This document shows positions 50,393 to 61,830 of a stretch of DNA of 64,000 nt, in pieces. The notes beneath the pieces were generated by a model. That model had not been told where the DNA came from. It saw only the letters and a list, made by a program, of their open reading frames with translations, and did not search any database. Origin of the DNA: Patellaria atrata CBS 101060 (lineage: Eukaryota); the NCBI GenBank assembly GCA_010093705.1, contig MU006092.1:1072350-1136349 (forward strand), read 5' to 3'. A program made the position numbers and the translations under genes. The stretch's first letter is position 1. Every line of letters begins with the position of its first letter.

Positions 50393-52180
50393 TTAGTCCA
50401 CATTTTTGTACAGGTTAATCAACTCCCATGTTGCTCGTAAAACAGAAACCCCACCGCCCTGTGTTTCGACTGTACGACCTCTACCGCGGTCATTCCGGTC
50501 CCAGTTTCCCTTAAGCTTGCTTGTACTGGAAGCTTGTGACGGGTTTCTTCGAGCTCCAAGTTTCGCGTTTTCAGTGGTGCCACCATTTTGGGATGAGAAC
50601 GGCTGGCTTCCAGACCATAACGGATCGAGCAAGAAACTCGCATTATTACGGTAGTCGATGGCTCCATCTGGAATGAGCGATTCTTCAACATCGCGTTCCC
50701 GCGTTCCTCTGTGTCCCCACCACATCCCAAACTCTCCCTTTTCATCTTTCGTTTTCAATGCTGCCTGAGCATTATACGAGACCCAGGGTGCGTATTCTTT
50801 ACAACTTTCAGCGTGTAGGCGAGCCTCTGCCTTACTAGCGCGGTATGTTCTACCGGGAATCATAGCCACGAGAGGTAAAGGTTCGCAGAACAGAGTCAGG
50901 TGGTGGAAAAATATACCTTTGAATGTTTGACCATTCTGTGAACAGCTTCCCCACGGGTCACATATCTCTTCCATGATGCCATTACGGCCGAGACCTGCCC
51001 ACTGGCTTTCCTTCTCAGCAGAGGAGCGATGATGCCATCCAGTCGCTGCAATAACATTACGGACAAGGGTATGTCCATCTTCCAAATAGAAGATTTGCCC
51101 AGTGCCCTCCCATAAGCTACGGAGGCCGGAAAGTATCACACCCTGGTTATATGTGTATACCATCTCATTTCGTACATCACATTTGCCTGTGCCGATGGTC
51201 CCATTCTTTCCGTAGTTACGGATATGAAAGCCGTCAACGTAGAGACCTTTTTCATTAGTCATGTTACTGTTTTTAAGCCATGCATATGCGTCGATGGCTG
51301 TTCGTAAGTATTTAACATCATGGGGTTTTGCTGGTGGAAGATCCATGTCGTCATCTGCGGATGCTTCAAATGGAGAGGTGATATCGTCCCCGGGGAAATA
51401 TAGATACATTCCAATCGCCGCTGATATAAAGAGTTCATTCGTAATCGCATTTTTATATGGTTCCAAATGTGGGTTCCAAGTCATACCTCCCCCGCATAAC
51501 TCCGTGCTCCATCCCTTTGTAGTAATATCGTAAAATATCCGCGCCCGATGCGCAAAAGCATTCCGAAATTGCTTCCCATACCAGCCAAAATCGCTATCGG
51601 ACAACCCGCGCGAATAGTGCAACGTTGTATGCAGTTTGATGAATTTTATATTCTCAAGCCAGCCAAGAACAACCCATAGCATATCATCATACGCTTGCGT
51701 CCGAATACTGAAGGCATTTTCTCCGAAATAGTATGCCACTGCCTGGGAGAAATACTTGTTCACCTCGTTCTCGATTCTCTGCCCATCAATTGAGGTTGTG
51801 CCAGGTAGTATGTAATCCATAGTTCTCGTAAGAGAAAAGAGGGAAGCAGAGACATACGTCCCCATAACAGCGGCCGTCCAATCAATTGCTCCTGGCCATG
51901 TCCCAATCCAAAGTTCAAAGTAATGTGTCTGCATCGTTTCAAGCGCATTGTGGAGTTCTTCAAGCGGGCTAAAGAAAAAGTCATTTTCGTTCGATGGAAA
52001 TACTGAGGTCTCGTATGCTGAAACGGGAGGTTGGAGGAGCGCTTGGTCGAAGGAGATCTCCTGGATTGGTTCTCCACTCTCAGGAGTAGCTGCGCTGGAG
52101 GCCTGTGTACGGAGGAATAATGATATAAAAACAGTTGCTGCAAGCAAGCAGCGCGGATTCCAGGTATATGTCCAAGCCAT
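50393..52180 (-). CDS. Glycoside hydrolase family 76 protein, secreted
   Basis: Signal peptide; YDDMLW catalytic Asp pair, CGGGMTW, YKNAITNELF, YTYNQGVILSG, FKGIF. Confidence 0.92.
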   Translation of the reverse strand: MAWTYTWNPRCLLAATVFISLFLRTQASSAATPESGEPIQEISFDQALLQPPVSAYETSVFPSNENDFFFSPLEELHNALETMQTHYFELWIGTWPGAIDWTAAVMGTYVSASLFSLTRTMDYILPGTTSIDGQRIENEVNKYFSQAVAYYFGENAFSIRTQAYDDMLWVVLGWLENIKFIKLHTTLHYSRGLSDSDFGWYGKQFRNAFAHRARIFYDITTKGWSTELCGGGMTWNPHLEPYKNAITNELFISAAIGMYLYFPGDDITSPFEASADDDMDLPPAKPHDVKYLRTAIDAYAWLKNSNMTNEKGLYVDGFHIRNYGKNGTIGTGKCDVRNEMVYTYNQGVILSGLRSLWEGTGQIFYLEDGHTLVRNVIAATGWHHRSSAEKESQWAGLGRNGIMEEICDPWGSCSQNGQTFKGIFFHHLTLFCEPLPLVAMIPGRTYRASKAEARLHAESCKEYAPWVSYNAQAALKTKDEKGEFGMWWGHRGTRERDVEESLIPDGAIDYRNNASFLLDPLWSGSQPFSSQNGGTTENAKLGARRNPSQASSTSKLKGNWDRNDRGRGRTVETQGGGVSVLRATWELINLYKNVD

Positions 52181-52642
52181 AATTTGTGATTCACAAACGG
52201 AAGATCATATGTACAATTACAGACAGTCGCAAAGGAGACACCTCGCACACCTCACGCCTTTTTTGTTGAAATGAGGGACGAAACGGGGTCAAGTGCGGAA
52301 ACAGGCCATAAAGGAAGAACAAACCGTGGTAGGCGAGTCCATAGGGGGTAGAAGTAACCAAGGGAGGACAAGACGGGAGATAGAGAGGAAGAGTTGTTGT
52401 CGCGCGTGACGTCCCAAGTTTCCCAACTCAAAGTTGGAGGATCAAACAGAGCAAGCTGATGCCAAGCATCGGTTCATCCTCGGATCTAGATATTTTTAGC
52501 GAGATCTTAGCGCGCCTTTTTCCATCCCAAAATCCAACTCCGCACCTCGTAAGGCGGCACAAAAAGGAGACAACAAGCAGTAGTAATTGAACAACCACAG
52601 AACAAAAATGCAAAAGAAAGATGCTATTCAAAAGAATGGTGT

Positions 52643-52758
52643 TGATCAGGGTGGGAATCGAACCCACGCACGTTTCCGAACAGGTATTTTCGGATATCGC
52701 TTCGACAGAAGTCTCAGATAGCCTGAAACCTGCGCCATAACCACTCGGCCACCTGACC
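52643..52758 (-). tRNA. tRNA-Leu(CAG) with a 35-nt intron
   Basis: Acceptor stem GGTCAGG/CCTGATC plus A73, D arm GCCGAGTGGTTATGGC, anticodon stem CAGGT/ACCTG with loop TT-CAG-G^T, long variable arm, T arm GTGGG-TTCGATT-CCCAC, downstream TTTT. Confidence 0.93.
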
Positions 52759-54571
52759 TTAGAGTTAGACAAGAATTTGAAGGTAGCTAGCTTGCAAAGC
52801 ACGGTTGTCATACTTGGATTGGGAAACATGGTTTCGTGCGGTTCTGCTGAACTAATTGGTAGGCTGTACCGAAGTCCGCATGTCATTCCGTTGTGCCGGT
52901 AGAACACCGAGAGACACAAGGTGGACCAATAGCAATGTACGGAGACATTGGGGAGGAGATGGTGATATTAGGTGAGGGTAGAGATGTCGCGATTCATCCA
53001 TTCAATTATTCTATCCGCAGGTATCAATATCCCATTTTGTTCTTCTTGAAAGTACCCCTGAAACAAGTTTTGATCAAAATCGCCGGTTTCACATAAGTCT
53101 AACTAGATCGCTAACTATTCCGAAATAACCAAATCTACTTTTAGTTACCTACTAGGTTATCTACTGTGCTACGGAGTTGCTCACGATTCGGTCCCACCAT
53201 GGTCGTCGGTATGGCCGATATACACTAACTACCCGCAGCAGAACACTAATGGAGTTGCCTTACATTCTATCACCCTTCAAGTAGAAATACAACCCTGTAA
53301 AGCATACTATACAAGAGCGTCTACTTAGGATTCACGTAAAATGGAGTGCATTCCATCTCAATATAGACTCTAGGTCATGCAGGCGGAATTGAATTGCTAT
53401 TTGAGCACCATCCACTTTCCAGATTGCGAATGAACGCTTTAGATGGGGTCATGATCGGCAGGTTGTTGCAGCTTTCTAGGTTTTCCAGTAAGACTCAACA
53501 TGTCCCTGGACGTATGGTTCTACGTGTTCAATCCGATACTCTATCCAAAGTTCCTCCGCCGTATCATTCTCTTACTTTTCTCCCAGTTCTTCCGACAATA
53601 GAACTCTTATAAGCCTTCACAGATAAGGTACAGTCATACATTGTTCTTCCCACCAAAGAAAGATTCATTAGAATTTTGTTGTTTCGCAAGCCCCACCCAG
53701 TCTCATCTCAAAACTACAGGGTTTCTACATCACTGAAATCTCCAAAGTGGATGTGATGGAAAAACCAGCAGTTCATTTCAAGCTTCCCCTCTCAATAGAG
53801 ATGAACATACATTTTTAAAAGAAGGCTCGGGTAAATGAAGGCCAAATTCATGTTCCAGAAGAGAGATGTGGTTTGAGAGATAGGCCTCATAATACTCGGG
53901 CGTCAAGGAGGATAGACCGGTAAGTCTATAGCAAGCACCTGATCTAGCACACATGATGTGGGTATGGCGTTTTCGCAGTCCTAACAGGGAAGAGGTAGCA
54001 AACCTAAAAGAAACGGGAAAGTAGATGGAACCACGTCACTGAAAACTTGTTGTTTATAGACCAGTATTTAGCTATTAGGATAGATGCTGGATATTGTGCG
54101 GACTATACTGAGGTTGGGGTGAATTTTCAGGTCGTTACCTCCACTACTTGTATGACTCTGAACCGGTAAGTCATTTCCCTTGAGACCCACTATGGTGGGT
54201 TTGTCATTGCTCGAGGGGATCAGCGCCGAAATGGTGAGGCAGAACAAATAAGAGTTTGGTGAGTGAAATACTTTGCGAGGCGAAGGCCACCCGTGACTGC
54301 ATACAAAGAAATGGATCCCCTTTGACGCCCTGTGTTACCTGATCTCTGACCGGTATAGCCCACTGTTTCACGACGTTCGCGCCAACAGTGATGCAAAATC
54401 ACACTTAAAAGTAGTATAAGAGACGCTGTAAATTTGATAAACAAGAGAAATTCCTTCCGCTAACATAAATCCTAGGCCCAACCCCCTTTTACCGTGGAAT
54501 AGTTTATACCTCAACACAACTACCTTTCCTCCATTAAACTCTAATCAAACAAAATTTCCGTCAAGTCTGCC

Positions 54572-54889
54572 ATGGGCAACTTGCTATGCCGCCCATACTC
54601 AGAGTCAAAGAAAAGACACAGGTCCTCTCCCAAATCAAAACATCGAAAGCGCAGCTCTCGTAAAACGAAGGACAGGTCGAGGGCTCATTGTGATAGTAGA
54701 GGGCGAACATATGTGTCGGAAGCATCAAGGGAGCGACAAAGGCAGCGAGAAAGGATCCGGCGTGATGAAATTGAATCGATAGACGATCGGCGTTACGGTT
54801 GTAAGTTTATATTTACTTATCCTTTTCAGCGTGTCAAGCCTTTTCTTTTTAGCTCTACGTACGGATCTAATGCACTTTCAGCCTATTAG
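54572..54889 (+). CDS. Small basic protein MGNLLCR.., 78 aa if intron 54801-54881 is spliced
   Basis: TATAAG at 54415, gccATGG context, K/R/S-rich ORF, canonical intron GTAAGT..CTAAT..CAG. Confidence 0.6.
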   Translation: MGNLLCRPYSESKKRHRSSPKSKHRKRSSRKTKDRSRAHCDSRGRTYVSEASRERQRQRERIRRDEIESIDDRRYGCKFIFTYPFQRVKPFLFSSTYGSNALSAY

Positions 54890-55917
54890 TTCAAATCCCG
54901 GTATATGTTGTTGGAGGGATGTAGGGCTATATGAATACCCACGTGGTCTTGTTATAAATCTGATGAGGGTGATGTGGGTGTTATGTGTCGTCCGGATCAT
55001 TCCGATGATGGCTCCCATAGTCGATGTACAGTACAGTACAATGTACTCGACTCCTGCTGATGTGTATCATCGCTCTATAATCCTTAGCCAGAGGTCCGAT
55101 TCACTTCCCCTCGACAGAATTGTAACACCCCGTCTTACACGACCCTCCTACAGATAACCTAGTTCTCGCGGCCTACTCGTGGCTCATAAATAGAATGAAA
55201 CTATTTTCTCATACTCCGCAAGGACTCAAAACCAGCCAGAGACATTCATCACTCCTTCGTCCAAATAATTTCGACTGACAACGTGCCATCGAACTTGATT
55301 TTTGTCTTGCAGACGAGCGACTCGAGTGAAGAATATCGAGTATATCCAATAGACACAGTATTGTACTAGATATAGAGCTGAGTTTAAGGTGACTAAAGTT
55401 GGATTGACAGAGATTGAGAGTGTTCAGTGGATATCTGATGCACAATGCGCTTGTTGAGTCGGTATTATCTCGAGCGGTGTGACTCCAAAACCAGAATTAA
55501 GGCCTACCAGAACCGTGTGCCATCATTATTACTTTTTACATTTGAATACTCTCACCATTTTGAATAACCTTTGAAGAGTAATTGCAAGAAAGCGGCTTGA
55601 CTGAGATGTGGAGACAATAACATCTCCGATCCAATTAAAACCTCTTACGTGCATAGGAGAAATCTCTACCTATCTTTGACCCTTGAGTCTTACGCTCCTC
55701 CCTCTAAAAGGAGTCACTAAAGGATCCAAGTTTAACATAAAATCAAGGGAAGGGTCGGAGGTGGAGAAGAAATTTTAAAAACCTCTTTTCACGGCAAGAG
55801 CTCAATTATCACTACGACCTCTAGCGATCAGATCACCAACACCTCACTTCTAACTAAGAAAAGCTCTTAAAATCTTCTCAAGTCGTCTCTGAAGAAATTC
55901 TACGAAGCAGCATCATC

Positions 55918-56409
55918 ATGGGCTCATGTTGCAGGCGAAGCTCTCCGGAACCAGAGACCAAAAAAGCCAAACTTATTGAGACTGCAACGCCAGCAGAACT
56001 CAAAGAGGAAAGACTAAACATTCAGGGGCATCGGCGAAAATGGAAGAAATCAGATAATCAGTGGAATAGAGATAACCCACTCTCCAACATACCGAACACG
56101 CATCCCACGTTCGAACCGAACATTGAACGCAAGGAGAGCTCTGGTTTTAGATCGATCCGGAGAATGATACCTAATTATCACCTTGATAGAGAAACGCAAC
56201 TGGATCATAACATGACAGGACATCTTGATTTACTTTACCACGTAACCGAACCAGACAGACCAACTGCCGAGGATATGTGCCATAACAATGCACAAAATCC
56301 ACAAGTTTCGACACCAAATATCCGCCCTGAGTTACGGAGGAAACCTGTGCCAGAACCGGCTGTAACCGCTAGAGAGGATATGTACCCGAACAATGTATCA
56401 ATTCAATAG
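55918..56409 (+). CDS. Small disordered protein MGSCCRR.., 163 aa, with a decayed continuation to about 56680
   Basis: atcATGG context; internal repeats continue past the TAG at 56407. Confidence 0.55.
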   Translation: MGSCCRRSSPEPETKKAKLIETATPAELKEERLNIQGHRRKWKKSDNQWNRDNPLSNIPNTHPTFEPNIERKESSGFRSIRRMIPNYHLDRETQLDHNMTGHLDLLYHVTEPDRPTAEDMCHNNAQNPQVSTPNIRPELRRKPVPEPAVTAREDMYPNNVSIQ

Positions 56410-57054
56410 GTGTCAGCCCCAAGTCCGCTTCCTAATGCACCGAGTTTAGGGCGAAACGCGGCGAGTTGTATACCAACAATGAGGAGAGACCGCTGGCTCC
56501 GGCATCAAACTTCTCAGCACATATATGAAGGAGGGAGAGTTCAGTGCCAACTGACAATGAGCTTAACCATGGAGAGCAGCCTTGGTCTTGGAAGGAAAGG
56601 GATATGAGGCAATATCAAGGTCGTGTCGAGACCTCACTAGAGGTGTTTGAACTAGGGAGAGACCTAAAATCTCAACCATGATCTATCAATAAATCTAATA
56701 AAATTGGAAAAAGGAGATGAAAATCATGTTTGCTCGTGAATATGGTGAAGTGTTGATGAAATCTTATGCATGTGATAGGGAGGCCCCCCTTTGAAATAAC
56801 ATAAAACACTTTGTCTATGTACAACAACTTACACTTACACGACAATGAAGAAGCCAATCACGCGGGCAAGACAGGTATAAGAGAAGGTTCAGCGTCGTCG
56901 GAGATTGAGATTGAGATTATACAAACACTCTCGCAGGAAGAACTCAACTAGAAGAAAAGTTTCACTCACCTGAACCTTCAAAACTTCAAACCCCTGAGTT
57001 CCCCTCAAAGAGAAAGCTAATACCAACCCAAGGAAACACTCTTCAAACTTCACC

Positions 57055-57540
57055 ATGGGTTGCAGAAGCAGTCGCCAGAAAGCCCAAACCCCCGCCAGCT
57101 CTAGAGCTCTAGCCAACCACGAACCCCTGAACATCCACAAAATCCGACGAGAAAAGCACGAAGGAATGCAAGCTCACAAAGGTCAGCGATCTCCTATGGT
57201 ACGTTATCCACCCCTAGACTTACCCAGTGTTTACAGTCCTTTCCAGGAAACCCCGCCACCAGCATGCAACGACTCTCTCAACGTTCACAGGATCCGTCGA
57301 GAGAGGACACAAGTTCGCAAAGAGCAGCGCCCACAGTTGGTACGTTATCCAACTATTGACTTACCTAGTGTTTACAGCCCATTTCAGACGCCCACTCCGG
57401 AGTTCCCTAGTACCTTTAGCACGTTCCGCGCGAATAAGCAGGTTGTTAGGAGGAAACCGGTACCGCTGAGAGGACCTGTGAGTCCGTTGACTGGGTGGGT
57501 TGAAGATGATGGACGGCCTATTAGCCCTTTGGGCATATGA
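57055..57540 (+). CDS. Small disordered protein MGCRSSR.., 161 aa, with a duplicated repeat of about 45 aa
   Basis: TATAAG at 56876, accATGG context; repeats LNIHKIRRE..VRYPPLDLPSVYSPFQ and LNVHRIRRE..VRYPTIDLPSVYSPFQ differ mostly conservatively. Confidence 0.7.
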   Translation: MGCRSSRQKAQTPASSRALANHEPLNIHKIRREKHEGMQAHKGQRSPMVRYPPLDLPSVYSPFQETPPPACNDSLNVHRIRRERTQVRKEQRPQLVRYPTIDLPSVYSPFQTPTPEFPSTFSTFRANKQVVRRKPVPLRGPVSPLTGWVEDDGRPISPLGI

Positions 57541-58573
57541 GATTCAGCGAAGCGCGGGCGCTGATGTATTTTAGGGTTTGTAAGCGCTCGTGGGAAGATG
57601 TCCCATTGATAACCTCGATTAGGGGGTGTTTTAAGAGGATGATCTAACTGTAGAGTTCTATGAGTAGAAATTAGTCAATCACCGTGCATTGCCGTAGATA
57701 CGCTGCCGTTAATTTTTTTTAGAGGTAATGATGTTTACAATATTATATTCGTTCTTGATTGCTCCTTGCTTGTCTCGTTTGTGCGGGTTTTTGTTGTCCA
57801 CCGGAAGTTATGGGGAGATGGAAGTGATGAAGTCGTTGATCGTATGACTACCCTTGGTCAAGGAAAGTACCTTGAAAGATCCGATGGGAGTTTCTTGATT
57901 CTCCTCGCCTAAGTTTGAGGAAAGTGTTATTTTGCACTATTTTTCTTCCTTTTCCTCATCTTTATTATAATATTTTGCCTCTATTCTATTATCTCCCTTC
58001 CATGTATTATTTGCATGTTTCCCGTCTGTCATATTTTGTAGAAGTTCTTTCAAGTAGTTTATGAATCTACGCAAGGGGACAAAGCCATTGTGTTACCATA
58101 GGAGTTCTGTTCTGGCCAGCTCTAACGCGGACATGAGATGCCTCGATGCGACGGGATAAGACAACTGAATATGAATCACTAAAGAATCCCACATCCCAAG
58201 ATGAATAGAATCTCCATTCGAAGCATTCCGGAACCCTCAAACACTGTCAGTCATTCGATTCTTATGTTTGTCTACTTCACCGAGAGATCTAGTCATGTGA
58301 AAGAGTCAGATATGTTCTGTCCGATCAAGGTGCAATACTTGCTTAAGACCCTCAGTCTCCTTCATTGTCCGCTCTATATAAGGAGCTCGATGGATACAAA
58401 AGCACTCCTTAATATTTAGGATATTCTAAGTTCAATATCTTCGAGAGATTTAGGACCTCAAAAACCTACTACAAATTTTCTCTCAAATATATCCGCATAT
58501 CCGGTCCTTGCAAGTCTTGGAGTCACATCACCAAAAACCTAGACTTCAAGATGACCTCACGCTTCTTCAGACT

Positions 58574-58909
58574 ATGGGGTGTCTCTGTTACACTGAAGGA
58601 ACTCACCCTCCTGGGATAACACCTCATCCTCACCCCATCCCACTTCAGGATATTTCAAACCCTCAATCAGAGCCCCGGACCGTTCCGGTTCCAGAAAATG
58701 TTACCCTGCCAAATGTCACCCAACATGAGAACCTTCCCGGCGTCGGATTCTCTGCCCTGACCTCTCAAAATACTGTTTTACGACAAGCTGAATCTAGCAC
58801 GCAGCAACAACAGCATCTCGGAGGTAGTACCAGCAACCAAAATCACCCAACTGGAGTTGCGACCCCCCCCCCCCCCCCGGGCCCCCGAACTGAGCTTACA
58901 AATCGGTGA
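58574..58909 (+). CDS. Small P/Q/T-rich protein MGCLCY.., about 111 aa
   Basis: TATATAAG at 58375, actATGG context; C-terminus uncertain because of the poly-C run at 58863-58878. Confidence 0.5.
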   Translation: MGCLCYTEGTHPPGITPHPHPIPLQDISNPQSEPRTVPVPENVTLPNVTQHENLPGVGFSALTSQNTVLRQAESSTQQQQHLGGSTSNQNHPTGVATPPPPPGPRTELTNR

Positions 58910-59808
58910 CCGCATTCCAGGCGACCAATTGCATAAAGTACACTAGACTGAAAACTCCAAGTTTGCGGAGATGATGACCCCTACGAATAAGAAGTCTGCG
59001 TCCAAACGGCCCAGACCTCGGAAGGCTTAGTGGGTGATGGATGCTGTGGAGCGGATACTCCTTTGTCAATTTGCATGACTGTTTTCAAGGAGGGTATGTA
59101 TTTCGCACTCTCAACTGTAATACCACGCGGGCGGGAGTTGTGCGTTAAACTAAAATTTAGGACGATGTTATTAGGAGAGTAATGAGATGATAGGATTAAC
59201 GAACTCGGATATGTGAATGTAAAGTGCATGATAGAATGAAAAATATGCTGAAAATCCAATGACCAATTGTGAGAGGCTCGAAATAATGGTTACACTTAGA
59301 GAGAGATGGGCAGGTATGACTCGCATTTCCTCTCTGAAAGCAGAATATATCGACCCATGTGTCACGGGATTATGGAAGTAAGAAATGAGAAGGCGCCTAA
59401 CTCAATCGTAGACCCTACCAAAAAGCGTCTAGTCAGATACATAGTCAGTCGAGAAAAGCCATTTGCATAACACAAAGATTCCCGGGAGACCTCTGTGGAG
59501 ACCAGAACATACGTGCTGATACAAAATACTATCGGGGGACGGACCTCGAGATGGAGGATGCACTTTGTGACTTTATGTTACTACTCGATGTAGAACATTG
59601 TACAGGTACGTGAATAATCTATGAAAAATTTAAAGACATAGAGAGATCATTATTAACATAAGAGAGGGTATATAGAGGGCAACTCATTTCATCCAACCTC
59701 GACCAGCATCCGCTTCAGCACTCACTGGCACAAGAACTTCACTCCACACCCACCGCAGTGTCTGTAATTGCAACCTTCGCGTCAACTGCAATTTCCACTG
59801 TAATAGAA

Positions 59809-60400
59809 ATGGCACCAACACCTCCATAGAGGTCCTCCTTGAGGCCCAGACCTCCCGCAGGTCTTCCCATGCTGCCTCATTCGAGTCGAGTTGGGAAGAA
59901 AGTAATATTCAACGTTCTGGAAACACCGTCGATAGTGAGGGATAGGGACAGGGTCGGAGGAGTGTGGAAGCGCTGTAGGGAGATCTGCAGATATTGTCCT
60001 GACAACGAACGCCACAGAGCGACGAAGTTGTACAACTTCAACGATACCAGGGAGATCTGCTTAGACTGTGGTCATAAACGCTGTAAGAGCTGCACTTGGT
60101 ATGTACTACGTGGAGAAGACGATTTGATGAGGAGATGTAATCCCACTTCCCCACGATCCTCGCGCGCGGACTTAATACGAGAACGGCCCCTTATTGACTC
60201 GGGTAAAGAAAAGGGGCTGCTCATTGAGAAATTTCTTGGAAAAGACTTGCAACCGAGGAGTTCGGTCTTGTTAAAGGAGATAGCAGACATCTACAAAGGA
60301 GGGCAAGTACATTGGAGCTTGAGGTATGATACAGAATCTCCTAAGAATATGGAGACTGAGTGACAGCGGAACTAACATCTACAGAAATCTACTTTCCTAA
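59809..60400 (+). CDS. Cys-rich zinc-ribbon-like hypothetical gene; TAG at codon 7, or alternative start at 59869; intron 60324-60384
   Basis: TATATA at 59669; WKRCREICRYC..CLDCGHKRCKSC; canonical intron GTATGA..ACTAAC..CAG near the 3' end. Confidence 0.55.
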
Positions 60401-60655
60401 GCCCTGCGTATTCACGGAAAGGCTGTTTCTGCTTTATTCTTATCGATGTCTGAACTATTGGTAGTGGAATCAAAATAGAACATAATTGTAACGAGTCATG
60501 AGCAGAAAACTGGTAGATCCTCTGACGAAAGATGTGAAGAGGGTTATGCTACTGAAAATGTTGATATTTATAGAAAGATTATCCCTCCAAATGCAACTTG
60601 TAAGATACCACAAGAAAACCTGAGAACCCTATACACTACTTACGGAGCACGTATC

Positions 60656-61830
60656 TTACATCTTTGTTCTATCGATCCATTGCATATTCACAGGCGTGAG
60701 AGCTTGCCCAGTCTTGAAGAATGTCAGTATGTTCTCGATCCCAAGCCGCTCAAAACCGACATGACTCTCTACCGAGGCACCCGCAGTGTGAGAAAGTAAT
60801 TCCACATTCCTCATCTTGGCGAGGATGGGATTGACTACAGGTTCATTATAGTGAACGTCTAGTCCTGCCGAGATGAGTTGTCCGGTCTGCAACGCCGAAA
60901 TGAGCGCACCCTCATCGATGAGTTTTCCTCGAGCTATGTTTACTAGACGCGAGCCGTGTTTAATCTTTGCGAACTTGTCTGCGTCCAGTAACATGTTGCC
61001 AGCAAATGGAGTGGCAACGACGGTGCAATCCGACTTTGCGAGCATCTCGTCTAGACTTTGATAGTAAGTGGCATCGATCGCCTCTTCCATCTCCGTAGGC
61101 ATCCTCCGGATATCGTTATAGATGACTCTCATTCCGAAGGAAGCGAAAGCCTTCTGAGCGATACGGTAACCAATCTTCCCCAACCCAATTATCCCAAGAG
61201 TGGAGCCATTAGGGTTGTGCGTCATAGCTGCAATGTTGCGGTTCGCATCTTTAAACTGCTCTACATCACAAGAGCGAGCGCAAGCCGACGACCAGTTAAA
61301 GAGTCGATAGGTGGAAAGTATGAGCCATATGGCAGCGTCAGCCACGGATTCAGTGCATGCAGCCGCTGAATTACAATAGATTATACCTATGACTCTGGTT
61401 AATCAAAATGGCACAAAGCTAGTGATATTAATAACACCTACCACTCTCCGCCATCCTCTTAGTGTCCACCCAATCAAAGCCAGCACCTGCACTGGCATAA
61501 ATCTTACACGACTGTGGTAGTAATGATCTTTTACGAGCATAATTTGTTAGGGATCGTCCAGTAAGAGCCCAATCTTGACGAGAAAAAGCAAAGAAATCGA
61601 GAGTCGTACATTAATTCATCATCCCAATTGCCCATTTCTCCACCAGTATTCCAGAAAGGTCTATACATAGCGACGAAATCACCAAACTTGTTGCTCTTCA
61701 ACGCATCCTTGAACCCATCCCTGTTCATGCTATAGCTTCTCTTTACGGTAAACTTCTCCTGTAGTTGTGCGTAAAAATCATGATTCCAACGAATGTCATC
61801 TCCCAAATGGAGGACCGTTGGTTTAGACAT
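60656..61830 (-). CDS. D-isomer-specific 2-hydroxyacid dehydrogenase (glyoxylate reductase/D-mandelate dehydrogenase-like), 3 exons
   Basis: MSKPTVLHLGDDIRWNH, ASAGAGFDWVD, LGIIGLGKIG NAD-binding motif, VNIARGKLIDE, AGLDVH.EP, LSHTAG. Confidence 0.92.

Noticed and set aside
52643..52758. tRNA as a Sec/UGA suppressor (TCA) or CUG-Ser reassignment tRNA
   Set aside because: Stem register puts CAG at 34-36 with U33 and discriminator A73, consistent with an ordinary Leu tRNA.
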